64,000 nucleotides of DNA. It comes from an uncultured Nitrospiraceae bacterium (GTDB lineage: Bacteria; Nitrospirota; Nitrospiria; Nitrospirales; Nitrospiraceae). The stretch's first letter is position 1. Each line of letters starts with the position of its first letter. Where the stretch lies: the NCBI GenBank assembly GCA_963730935.1, contig CAVSTP010000004.1:864001-928000 (forward strand). Direction: 5' to 3'. Position numbers and translations under genes: made by a program. Positions 19,757-28,430 of the stretch are shown in pieces. Below the pieces are notes generated by a model. It saw only the letters and a program-made list of their open reading frames with translations, searched no databases and was not told the origin of the DNA.

Positions 19757-19779
19757 GATTGTCGCAAGGCGGGCCGGCT
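19681..19779 (+). repeat. Two tandem GGGGAC(A/C)TTC-type junction repeats overlapping the 3' end of add
   Basis: CGGGGACATTCGGAACTTCTCGGCGCGTGCGG and ACGGGGACCTTCGG...GCAAGGCGGGCCGGC. Confidence 0.65.
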
Positions 19780-19912
19780 AATCCGTTGCATCTCCGTCGC
19801 CACCTCTCGATTTTCAATGGACCTGCAGGTCTAAAAAATTGAAATCCCTCGGCTTCAGCCAATTGTCCCGACATGCTAATCGGATTCACTGTTGCCACCA
19901 TTGGGGAGATCC

Positions 19913-20692
19913 ATGATGTCGGACCAGGAGCGCGTGCGCGTCTTCGACTCTCAAGGCGAGGCGTACAAACAGGCCTTTCAAATCTTCCTCGACCATACAG
20001 ACCAGAAGCGGAATGCCAGGCGCTGGCTCCAGCAGGTCGTGGACCGTTTACCGGCGCGCAAAGTCTTTATCGACGCCGGCGCAGGTAACGGCGAGGTCAC
20101 TCGCACCTTCGCTGATGCGTTTGAGCGCACCATTGCGATTGAGCCGAATGTCTACTTACTGAAGCAGTTGCAACAGGCAGTTCCGGCCGCCGAGGCCATC
20201 GGCCAACCGATCATGACGGCCCAACCGGCCGTGCGGGGCGATCTGGTCCTTTGCTCCCATACGTTCTATTACATTCCGGCCGAGGACTGGCTCCCACACC
20301 TTGAGCGCCTCGTCTCGTGGATGTCGCCGACCGGTGTCACCATCGTCGTCCTCCAACACCGCGAAAGCGGATGCATGAACATGGTCCATCATTTTCTCGG
20401 ACACCGTTTCGAACTGCGCCGAACCGCCGACTTGTTTCGCATGAAACACGGGGATCGGTACGACGTCGTGACGACGCTCGATCCCGCAAACGTGGTGACC
20501 CCCGACCTGCCCAAAACCTATGCGGTGGCGGAATTCATGCTCAATCTGTTGGACGTTAAAGATGCGCCTACCAGGCAGCAAGTGGAAGCCTATCTCCAGA
20601 CGAACTTCGCGTCTTCCGACGGCGGTTACCAGATTCCAGTGCACCAAGACTTTTTGCAGATCCATGCCAGGGTGCCAGCTGGCACTGCCTAA
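19913..20692 (+). CDS. Class I SAM-dependent methyltransferase
   Basis: IDAGAGNG, AIEPN and DLVLCSHTFYY motifs. Confidence 0.85.
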   Translation: MMSDQERVRVFDSQGEAYKQAFQIFLDHTDQKRNARRWLQQVVDRLPARKVFIDAGAGNGEVTRTFADAFERTIAIEPNVYLLKQLQQAVPAAEAIGQPIMTAQPAVRGDLVLCSHTFYYIPAEDWLPHLERLVSWMSPTGVTIVVLQHRESGCMNMVHHFLGHRFELRRTADLFRMKHGDRYDVVTTLDPANVVTPDLPKTYAVAEFMLNLLDVKDAPTRQQVEAYLQTNFASSDGGYQIPVHQDFLQIHARVPAGTA

Positions 20693-20731
20693 TTGCAACA
20701 CGTTGTTATACGAAAATGCTAATTCCGTGGA

Positions 20732-21130
20732 TTAACTTTTGGCTTTGGACTTGTTCAGCGTCACGGCGGCGCGAACGAGAGTCTTCAACGCCTCTTCGTC
20801 TATCGTCTCGCCCTCGTGGAAGTCGATGGCACGCCTGGTGTTCCCGTCAAGACTGGAGTTGAAAAGGCGCGACGGATCCTTCAGAGCCGCCCCTTTGGCG
20901 AAGGTCATCTTCACCACGGTCTTGTACGTCTCGCCTGTGCAGATCAATCCGTTGTGCGACCACACCGGAACCCCTCTCCACTTCCACTCCTCGACAACGT
21001 CGGGATCGGCATTCTTGACTAAGCCACGGAGCCTGCTGAGCATCTTGCCCCGCCAGTCGCCTAGCTCCTTGATTCTCGCGTCTATCAGCTGAGAAGGAGA
21101 CTTGCTTTTCTGCGACCCGCTCTTCTTCAT
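20732..21130 (-). CDS. DUF1801 (YdhG-like) protein
   Basis: EEWKWRGVPVW, FAKGAAL.DP.LFNSSL.GN.RRAID motifs. Confidence 0.9.
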   Translation of the reverse strand: MKKSGSQKSKSPSQLIDARIKELGDWRGKMLSRLRGLVKNADPDVVEEWKWRGVPVWSHNGLICTGETYKTVVKMTFAKGAALKDPSRLFNSSLDGNTRRAIDFHEGETIDEEALKTLVRAAVTLNKSKAKS

Positions 21131-21237
21131 CCCCGTTTCAGCTCCTTCGTCCCCGAGGCAGTTCATGCGTTCCCATGGGCGCCGGCTCATGCACTCACAT
21201 CACTGCGTCCGCACGAGCCCCGAACTGGGGCTGACTC

Positions 21238-21831
21238 TCAATTCAGAGAATTGAGATCCGATGCCCGCAAGAAAGACAGCAATTCCGGAATGGCCATCAC
21301 GAAGAGATCAAACACCGAACCATCACCTGCAGAACTCAATGTACACTTTGATACAAAATCGACCGGAATTTCGAGGATTAGTGATGCCTTTGCTCTCGGC
21401 TCGAGCGATATGAGGATGTGAAAGTTCTTCTGGCGGGTCAAATACTTTTCTATGTGGTCCGCCGAGGCGTATCCCACATAATACACGATCCCATCCAAAT
21501 GCTTATGAATTTCCAAGGTCGGACTGTTCGTGCGAGCGGCGCTTACGGTCTGAGCATCGCATGTTGCGAAACCGTATGTTCCATTTACCACCTCCCGTGC
21601 GCGTGCGCCGTTCTCCATTGCCGTCAAAGGTCTCAGATGATGTCTTTCCCGGAGTGCAAGTATCTCTTCCGGGACGTCTTGGCCCTTAGGCACCGATGCA
21701 CCGCTCTGCTTGTTGTGTGTTTTCCAGATCATGTCTAAGTGTAATGGGCCCGTCATTTTGGGAAGCAAGTAATACTCCAATACGCCCAATACAAGCAGGA
21801 ACATTATCAGATATGAGTACCACCGTTTCAT
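21238..21831 (-). CDS. Hypothetical membrane-anchored protein
   Basis: N-terminal TM helix, 197-aa ORF. Confidence 0.6.
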   Translation of the reverse strand: MKRWYSYLIMFLLVLGVLEYYLLPKMTGPLHLDMIWKTHNKQSGASVPKGQDVPEEILALRERHHLRPLTAMENGARAREVVNGTYGFATCDAQTVSAARTNSPTLEIHKHLDGIVYYVGYASADHIEKYLTRQKNFHILISLEPRAKASLILEIPVDFVSKCTLSSAGDGSVFDLFVMAIPELLSFLRASDLNSLN

Positions 21832-21896
21832 AACTCTCGCTTATCTGGTCTATCAGATTACCGACCATACTAAGACCTCTTTTCAGAATAAGAAAT

Positions 21897-22046
21897 GGGG
21901 GGGCAGCCAGTGACCGGAGGGCCGTCAGCAATATCTGTGTGGACGTATGTACCGCCGAGGTTCGCGTCAATGAACGGAGTCACTGGTCCCGCAAGAAAAT
22001 TATACGTGGTGACCATGGCAAAGGTATTCGTTTCAACCGTTCCACT
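21897..22046 (-). pseudogene. Internal fragment of an outer-membrane beta-barrel gene
   Basis: Minus frame reads SGTVETNTFAMVTTYNFLAGPVTPFIDANLGGTYVHTDIADGPPVTGC, then breaks. Confidence 0.45.
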
Positions 22047-22279
22047 CTGTGAGCGTGGCCCAGCAGAGCAAGAAACGGACCCGCTACTTTTCTCACTTAG
22101 AGTCGTCCTTGCCGCCTCAATTGCAACTCTCGATCAGCGGATCGTAGGTTCGCTACTTCGGCACCGTCGATCGCGTCAGTAACCATTCCACTAGACTTTT
22201 CAACGATCGGTGAACATTGTGAATCTGCTTTGCCGTCGAGTAGCGAGCTGCTATCGTTCACGTGGCAGGAGACAAGTCG

Positions 22280-22603
22280 ATGGGTTTCAAACGGAAGTCA
22301 TCCCGGATCGAGGTGGGCAAGCCAGGCCGATTGCATCGTGGGTCTCTTTCAGCACCCTGCCAAGTGATGAATGTCAGCGAGACTGGAGTGAGGTTACAAA
22401 GCCGCTTGTTCGTCAAGAACGGCGATGTGCTCCAGCTTTCGATTGAACTCGATGCCGGCCGACAACTGGACTGCGAGATACAGGTAAGCAACGTACGCCC
22501 TCAGCACTTTGGCGCGAAGATTCTTTCAATCACTCCCGACGATAGGGAGCGTTTGTCCCATATCCTTGACGATCACTTGCAGACCCGCCTTTCACGCGGA
22601 TAG
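22280..22603 (+). CDS. PilZ domain protein
   Basis: RKSSR (RxxxR) and NVSETG (D/NxSxxG) motifs. Confidence 0.85.
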   Translation: MGFKRKSSRIEVGKPGRLHRGSLSAPCQVMNVSETGVRLQSRLFVKNGDVLQLSIELDAGRQLDCEIQVSNVRPQHFGAKILSITPDDRERLSHILDDHLQTRLSRG

Positions 22604-22642
22604 AGACCGGGATTTCCATGCCCCTCATCGGTCTGTAGACGT

Positions 22643-23002
22643 TCACCGACTCGAATGCTCGGCAGCTGTGTCGCCGGTTACGCGATTCGACCCGCTGTAG
22701 AATTGGTTCAATCGCTCGCTAATATCACCCTGTGCAATCGGTTTTTCCATCTGTCCAGACCTCAGCCGCTCTTCAACTGTCTGAGTCCGATCGGGCGGCA
22801 CCGGTAGCTGTTTCGGCTTGCCCGCTGATGGCGTCCGTACCGTCGCATTGGGAGCCGCCTTTCGTAGCACCCCCGGCTGACTTCCACTAGAAGCCAAATC
22901 CCCGTCTGGTTCTGAGGCCGCGATGCTCTGGGACTCTATTGATATCGTGATGCTGACGAGGCTCAACGTCATTACGCATAGGAACGCGGTTGTGGCATTC
23001 AT
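22643..23002 (-). CDS. Hypothetical exported protein
   Basis: Signal peptide; GGAGG RBS. Confidence 0.6.
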   Translation of the reverse strand: MNATTAFLCVMTLSLVSITISIESQSIAASEPDGDLASSGSQPGVLRKAAPNATVRTPSAGKPKQLPVPPDRTQTVEERLRSGQMEKPIAQGDISERLNQFYSGSNRVTGDTAAEHSSR

Positions 23003-23434
23003 GACTCATGCCTCCACGTTTGTCCCAAAACAAGAAACTCCCACCGGCTTTGCGCCCGTAGGAGCCCTCCGCCGGTCAGCTTTGCTCTTTATTACGCTAC
23101 TCCTCCCTGACCGTAGCCGTCAATTCTGCAAACTCGTGTGCCTCGAGCTGTGCAGTCGAACGGTATCAGACGTCGTTCGCGCCGCGTGACGGACCCGTCT
23201 TATCGCCTCAATCTGCGTTTGTTAGTCACTTCGGGACCTATGCTCCTCAGAGTTAATTCTGGGATTCCCCCTAGGGCCGACCCTCTCGCGAGGGCCTACA
23301 TCAGCTTGGGAGAATCCGCTCCCAATCTCTCTCGCGCGTCAGAAGGATCCCCTCGGAGCTGTCCACCTGACGGCCCATTGAACCGTGGATTTCACCCGTC
23401 GACTCTTCCGTTCGTTGGGCGTACATGGTTAGCC

Positions 23435-23614
23435 ATGATGCAATCGGTACATTCAGAACCGCTCGGCATGCGCTGTTGGAAATGTCACGCCCCGCTCAAG
23501 GATGAGACAGTCGTCGATCTGAACAGTGGCCTGTCCATTCGACAGTTCGTGTGTCTCGGCTGCGGCCGCCGGTGGTTTAGCGGTGAGCGGCCACGACCGG
23601 CGATCGCAGCGTAA
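23435..23614 (+). CDS. Small zinc-ribbon protein
   Basis: CWKC...CLGCG. Confidence 0.55.
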   Translation: MMQSVHSEPLGMRCWKCHAPLKDETVVDLNSGLSIRQFVCLGCGRRWFSGERPRPAIAA

Positions 23615-23751
23615 AAGTCTTCAAACGGCGCAAGCCAAGTGGCCGCCCGTCGTTTGGTCTCCTCCTTACGTTCCGAGGCGGAGTATAGTTCTCCCTTCGA
23701 CGTTTTCCTGCATTCTGTAGAAGCGCGTACTTATTCTTTATAAGGGGTGCA

Positions 23752-24069
23752 ATGATGAACATACGCATGATTCTCATCCTCACGCTATGTCTTCTCTTCT
23801 CCGTCAGTGCGACTGTCACGACCAGTGATGCGACGACCATCTTCGGCGGAAGCAGAATCATGGCCATCGATCAGGACCAGCGCACGATCACGTTTAAGAC
23901 AAAAGAAGGAGAGACCTGGACATTGCCAGTGACTGATCCCAACCTCTTGAATCGGCAACCAATCGCCAAAGGCGATCAAGTCACCATCGAAATTGATCTG
24001 AACGACCGGATTACCAATTGTCGTCAAGGCTTCGGAGGTGCCCACTGCTCCGAAACAGAGGATCGATGA
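23752..24069 (+). CDS. Exported small beta-barrel (OB-like) protein
   Basis: Signal peptide; GSRIMAIDQDQRTIT...KGDQVTIE. Confidence 0.6.
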   Translation: MMNIRMILILTLCLLFSVSATVTTSDATTIFGGSRIMAIDQDQRTITFKTKEGETWTLPVTDPNLLNRQPIAKGDQVTIEIDLNDRITNCRQGFGGAHCSETEDR

Positions 24070-24155
24070 CCGATACAGCGATCCAATCGACGACAATCTA
24101 AGCCACTTTCCGGCGTCTTATCGGTGAAGATGGGTTGGATGAAAGGAGACGCCTT

Positions 24156-25016
24156 ATGCCATACGTGACAGTCGGGAAAGAACGCTCCGCCAACATCGAG
24201 TTGTACTATGAAGATCACGGTACCGGTAAGCCGGTCGTGTTGATCCATGGATACCCATTGAGCGGCGCATCGTGGGAAAAGCAGCTTCCGGCGCTGCTGA
24301 ATGCTGGTTACCGAGTCATCACCTATGATCGACGAGGCTTTGGCAAATCCAGCCAACCGACCGGGGGCTACAACTATGACACGTTTGCAGAAGACCTTCA
24401 CACGCTGATCACCCACCTCAAGCTGCAAGACTTCACGCTGGTGGGATTCTCGATGGGCGGCGGGGAAATCGCGCGTTACTTCGGGAAGTACCGGTCCCAC
24501 GGAGCAAGCAAGGCTGTCATCATCGGTGGCGTACCTCCTTTCTTACTCAAAACCGACGACAACCCCGAAGGCGTGGACGGGACCGTGTTCGAGGGCATTC
24601 AAAAAGCCGTGGCCGCGGACCGCTACGCCTTCTTCACCGAGTTCTTCAAGAATTTCTACAATACCGATCTGCTTCTCGGGAAACACGTGAGCGATGAAGT
24701 GGTGCGCGCCAGTTGGAACGTTGCAGCCGGGGCATCTCCGACAGCGAGTTTGGCGTGTGTTCCAACTTGGCATGAAGACTTTAGGCAAGATCTGGCCCAC
24801 GTGGACGTGCCGACGCTGGTGATCCATGGTGACAATGACCGGATAGTGCCAATTACGGCGGCGGGCCAACGGACGGCCAAACTCATCAAAGGAGCTCGGC
24901 TGGTGGTGGTGAAGGGAGGCCCACACTGCATTACCTGGACACACGCTGAGGAAGTCACTGCCGAATTAGTGAAATTTCTCGGCGAAGAGCGCAAACCGAT
25001 GCGCGAAGTGGCTTAG
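24156..25016 (+). CDS. Non-heme haloperoxidase / arylesterase (alpha/beta hydrolase)
   Basis: IHGYPL, YDRRGFGKS, GFSMGGGE and HGDNDRIVP motifs. Confidence 0.92.
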   Translation: MPYVTVGKERSANIELYYEDHGTGKPVVLIHGYPLSGASWEKQLPALLNAGYRVITYDRRGFGKSSQPTGGYNYDTFAEDLHTLITHLKLQDFTLVGFSMGGGEIARYFGKYRSHGASKAVIIGGVPPFLLKTDDNPEGVDGTVFEGIQKAVAADRYAFFTEFFKNFYNTDLLLGKHVSDEVVRASWNVAAGASPTASLACVPTWHEDFRQDLAHVDVPTLVIHGDNDRIVPITAAGQRTAKLIKGARLVVVKGGPHCITWTHAEEVTAELVKFLGEERKPMREVA

Positions 25017-25049
25017 CTCAAGCAACGCGGGTTTCAGTTCCACCCGACA

Positions 25050-26255
25050 CTAGCCTTCCTCACTGAGATCGGAAGGCAAAGCGGTTTTTCTTGGGACTTG
25101 CGTTCCAGGACTGACTAGGTGGATTGGTAAAAAGGATTTGGCTGCGATGATTGTGGGTACCACGGCACTGGCAATGACCGCTGCGACCAGAAAGGAGTAC
25201 TGCTCTTCAGTTACCAACCCGTGAGACAAGCCAAAAAGGGCTGAAATCGTCCCAAAGGTCAACCCCGTGGACATTAACAGAGTGTAGAACCATCGTTCCT
25301 TGGGATGCTGACGAAACACGCTAATCAGGGGATACAGTCCCAAAATCTTAGCTGCCAACTTTCCAGCCAATAGCGAGAAGAAAACGAACGGGGCAGTCAG
25401 CAAGGCTGGAAGCGAGACCAACGTGCCCGCCCGGAGAAAATAAAAAGGCGTTAAAAATCCCACGGTCAGCGTACGAAGACGGCGCATCCAATGAACATCC
25501 TTGGCCGCTCCTCCGGCCAAGACCATTCCGGCGAGATACGCTGGTAAGACTGCTTCACTGCCCGACCAAAGCGCGAGCGCGCCAAGCCCGAATAGCATCA
25601 ACATGACCCACTTCGTACGGATTGCCGCCGTACGGTGACCGTAACGATCGGTCAGCCAATTAATACTGCCGGGAAGCACCCCTAGAACAATGGCTGTAGC
25701 GGCGATGAACACAACGGTTTTATAGGTGAACGGAGAGAACAGGAGCCCGAGCGCAACAACTGTTCCGAGGTCGTTAATGAAGCATGCGCCGAGTATCCCC
25801 TTGCCAAATTCTGTTTGATTCAAACCGCTTTCCAACATCACGGTATAGACAACCGCCATGGATGTCGTAGAAAGCGCAATGCCCGCCAACCAACTGGCAT
25901 CGGTGTTCCAACCAAGTCCGTAGTGCGCCAATGCAGCACATCCAAAGAAAGGCGCGAAAAATCCAACGAGGCCGACGATGTTCACTTCCGCTATTTTTTT
26001 CCGCATGACGTGAGGATCCAGTTCGGCTCCCGCAAGAAAGGTCAACAAGACGGCGCCCACGGCGGCCAAAAAGCGGAGCCATTCCGAATTGGCGGCAAGA
26101 AGATGCGTGCCGTCGAAAGCAGCTAACACCGAGGCGGCGGCTACACCAACGCAGATCTCAACCAGGGCTATTGAAAGACGAAGTGCCGACGCGAGGAGCG
26201 CGGATAAGACAGCGAGGAACAGCCAACAAGCGGCGATCGTGAAGGGATGTTCCAT
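25050..26255 (-). CDS. Cation:proton antiporter (CPA2-like)
   Basis: About 12 TM helices; LTFLAGAELD, STTSMAVV and CFINDLG motifs. Confidence 0.9.
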   Translation of the reverse strand: MEHPFTIAACWLFLAVLSALLASALRLSIALVEICVGVAAASVLAAFDGTHLLAANSEWLRFLAAVGAVLLTFLAGAELDPHVMRKKIAEVNIVGLVGFFAPFFGCAALAHYGLGWNTDASWLAGIALSTTSMAVVYTVMLESGLNQTEFGKGILGACFINDLGTVVALGLLFSPFTYKTVVFIAATAIVLGVLPGSINWLTDRYGHRTAAIRTKWVMLMLFGLGALALWSGSEAVLPAYLAGMVLAGGAAKDVHWMRRLRTLTVGFLTPFYFLRAGTLVSLPALLTAPFVFFSLLAGKLAAKILGLYPLISVFRQHPKERWFYTLLMSTGLTFGTISALFGLSHGLVTEEQYSFLVAAVIASAVVPTIIAAKSFLPIHLVSPGTQVPRKTALPSDLSEEG

Positions 26256-26335
26256 GTAGAGTCCTCCGAAGGAATTTATGAACATGCCGCCTGTGTGGAG
26301 TGGCAAACACCTACGCAGACAGCTTCCTCTGTCGC

Positions 26336-26387
26336 GTAGGAGTCATCAGCCACTGCAGTGGCGGTTATCCGGGGGACTCCATCCCCT
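26336..26387 (-). ncRNA. Fluoride (crcB-motif) riboswitch
   Basis: Minus strand GGGGAUGGAGUCCCCC-GGAUAACC-GCCACUGCAGUGGC-UGAUGACUCCUAC: P1, GGAGU/ACUCC pseudoknot and CUGAUG core. Confidence 0.9.
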
Positions 26388-26468
26388 ATCTTTGCACTAT
26401 ATCTGTATCGACAAATGGTATCAATTCGAGTCAGAGTTCAGCCATAATTGCGTCTTCAGTGTTGTGAC

Positions 26469-26837
26469 CTATGTCCATCGACTCTCTGGACCTCCACCCA
26501 GGCGTGCGATGTCGGCATATTTCACGACTAGGTCAGCCAACCGTATTCCAGTGCGCTCCCCGTCAGCCAGAAAATCGCGCTTAGCCGCCTTCCACGCCTG
26601 TGTCCACTGATCCTCAGATGCCTCGATGTGGTAATACAACTCAAGCGTCGAGACGGCCTGGTCCGCCTCCTGCTCAGAGAGTCCCAACTCCTGCATGAGA
26701 TCGTTTCTCTGCTTTTTCCTTATCTCAATGTACTGTTGCACCAGGGATTTCACGTCATCGTTCATCGGTGCGCTCCTCGACTGCATATCGGTTGATCGTC
26801 CTTCACCGTCCGCAGCACCCATCAGGTAGCACTCCAC
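26469..26837 (-). CDS. Hypothetical protein (start uncertain)
   Basis: Helical ORF directly downstream of 26842..27192. Confidence 0.5.
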   Translation of the reverse strand: MECYLMGAADGEGRSTDMQSRSAPMNDDVKSLVQQYIEIRKKQRNDLMQELGLSEQEADQAVSTLELYYHIEASEDQWTQAWKAAKRDFLADGERTGIRLADLVVKYADIARLGGGPESRWT

Positions 26838-26841
26838 GGTC

Positions 26842-27192
26842 TTAGAACACCATCACGTGATCGACCAGAAATGTGTCATCCTTTTCGACAAGGAGCATTT
26901 CGGCGACGAATTCACCAGGCGCCTTCGTGAACCACTGCTTCCAGATAATCGCCACTGCGCCAGGGCGTTTGAACACGGCGACAGGCTCCCGCCGCGAGAA
27001 ATAACCCTTCTCCCGCTGGTACTTCTCACAGACCTTCTGAAGGTACTCCTTTGTCACGAGCGTCTTCATTCTTTCGCTGAAGTCTCGAATGTGCCGCCCA
27101 TGATCGATTGCAGTCGATGCATCCATGAGATTGTCCATGATCGGATTGGCGACATGGAGGATTTCCTCATCAGACATTCTTTCCAGAGTCAT
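26842..27192 (-). CDS. Hypothetical protein (NTF2-like layout)
   Basis: ANPIMDNLMDAST.ID..RH.RDF motif; GGAG RBS. Confidence 0.75.
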   Translation of the reverse strand: MTLERMSDEEILHVANPIMDNLMDASTAIDHGRHIRDFSERMKTLVTKEYLQKVCEKYQREKGYFSRREPVAVFKRPGAVAIIWKQWFTKAPGEFVAEMLLVEKDDTFLVDHVMVF

Positions 27193-27380
27193 TTGTCTCT
27201 CCAGTCAGTGCTACCGAACGCCCCCGGCTTCCTACCAAAAATGATGTGTGTGACAAGGTCTCAGGAACCTAAAAGAGACAAGAACATTAGGACAGGTCAG
27301 TGCGGCAGCGATAGTTTGTGACCTATCTACTGTGATACGGTTGCCACAGAGAAACGGCCGACACCCACGGAGGAGTCACC

Positions 27381-27812
27381 ATGATGCATGTTCTGTTTAT
27401 CGCGATCAGCTTGTTGAGCGCGAGCCAGGTTTTTGCTCAAGAACAGTCCTGTGGCTCGCAAGCCATGATGACCATGACCAAAGCAGACGGCTCGAAGTTA
27501 GGTCTCTTCATTTCCTTCGCACAAATATCCAGTTCGCCACCCTGGACACCGGAAGCAGGCGAGCCACCACTCGCCTTATCAAAGGCCGTACAACTCGCGA
27601 CGGAGTGGGCAAAAAAGGAATACAAGCGGTTTGACGGTGTTCAGGTTCGGAGTATCAATGTGACGGCGTACGGGTGCCCCGCGCCAAAAGACCGCTGGTA
27701 TTACACAGTTCACTTCGCACCTATCATGGATACGATTCCCCTGCTCGTCCCTGGCTATTTCGTTGCTGTCCTGATGGACGGCACGATCATCGGGCCCACG
27801 ACGGTGAAGTAA
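27381..27812 (+). CDS. Hypothetical exported protein
   Basis: Signal peptide, WYY.V.F and VLMDGTII motifs; GGAGGAG RBS. Confidence 0.75.
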   Translation: MMHVLFIAISLLSASQVFAQEQSCGSQAMMTMTKADGSKLGLFISFAQISSSPPWTPEAGEPPLALSKAVQLATEWAKKEYKRFDGVQVRSINVTAYGCPAPKDRWYYTVHFAPIMDTIPLLVPGYFVAVLMDGTIIGPTTVK

Positions 27813-27823
27813 ATTGAGAGACG

Positions 27824-28216
27824 CTACTGGCGCAGCTTGGCTAGAACCGCAGCAGGGTCCCAGTAGGCCCATAACGACGTGATCCGGCCCGCCTCATTGA
27901 ATTCGAATACGTCGATGCCGGCCACCTCCACAGGCTTCAGATTCTTCCCGATGGCCTTGCCCCGGAACACGACCGCTGCGCGATTGCTCGCCGGATGCAC
28001 CGAGTCCGCTTGAATGCTGACGTCTTGAACCGCGTGTGCAATGCCCCCAAAGAACTCCCGCAACGCGCTTGCACCCTCACGCGGCGTACTCCCGTATGGA
28101 TCATGTACAACCGCCTTCTCATCAAAACAGGCCACATACGCAGAGGGATCGAGACTGCACCAGGCAGCGAAGTAGCGGTCTACGGCATCCGACATCTGTT
28201 TTGGAGAAAGAGGCAT
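27824..28216 (-). CDS. SnoaL / ketosteroid isomerase-like protein
   Basis: HDPYGS and GIDVFEFNEAGRITSL.AYW motifs. Confidence 0.85.
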   Translation of the reverse strand: MPLSPKQMSDAVDRYFAAWCSLDPSAYVACFDEKAVVHDPYGSTPREGASALREFFGGIAHAVQDVSIQADSVHPASNRAAVVFRGKAIGKNLKPVEVAGIDVFEFNEAGRITSLWAYWDPAAVLAKLRQ

Positions 28217-28302
28217 AGTCTAAGAGGAGCGATCTTAGTACGTACGCCGCAATTTCGCAACGCGCAATGGTCGAAGTAAAGGGGTCTGGGGCGATGCACC
28301 GA

Positions 28303-28331
28303 TGGACCTAGCCAACGATAAAAAGTACAAT
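28303..28331 (+). promoter_or_regulatory. Sigma70-like promoter TGGACC-N17-TACAAT
   Basis: 17-nt spacing, upstream of pyk. Confidence 0.55.
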
Positions 28332-28430
28332 AGCACCGGTTCTTCTTGCAACCTACCGCGTTAGGTCGTCATCACTCTGTGGGCTTCACTTCGGCTAGGG
28401 AACATAGGGCCAGCGCACGGGGGAGTACAT

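Noticed and set aside
27205..28370. attC-like cores (GTTCGGT on minus near 27215; GCGTTAGGT at 28358; GCCTAAC at 48793)
   Set aside because: No complete paired R''/L''/L'/R' structure, no intI gene, and genes are in mixed orientation.
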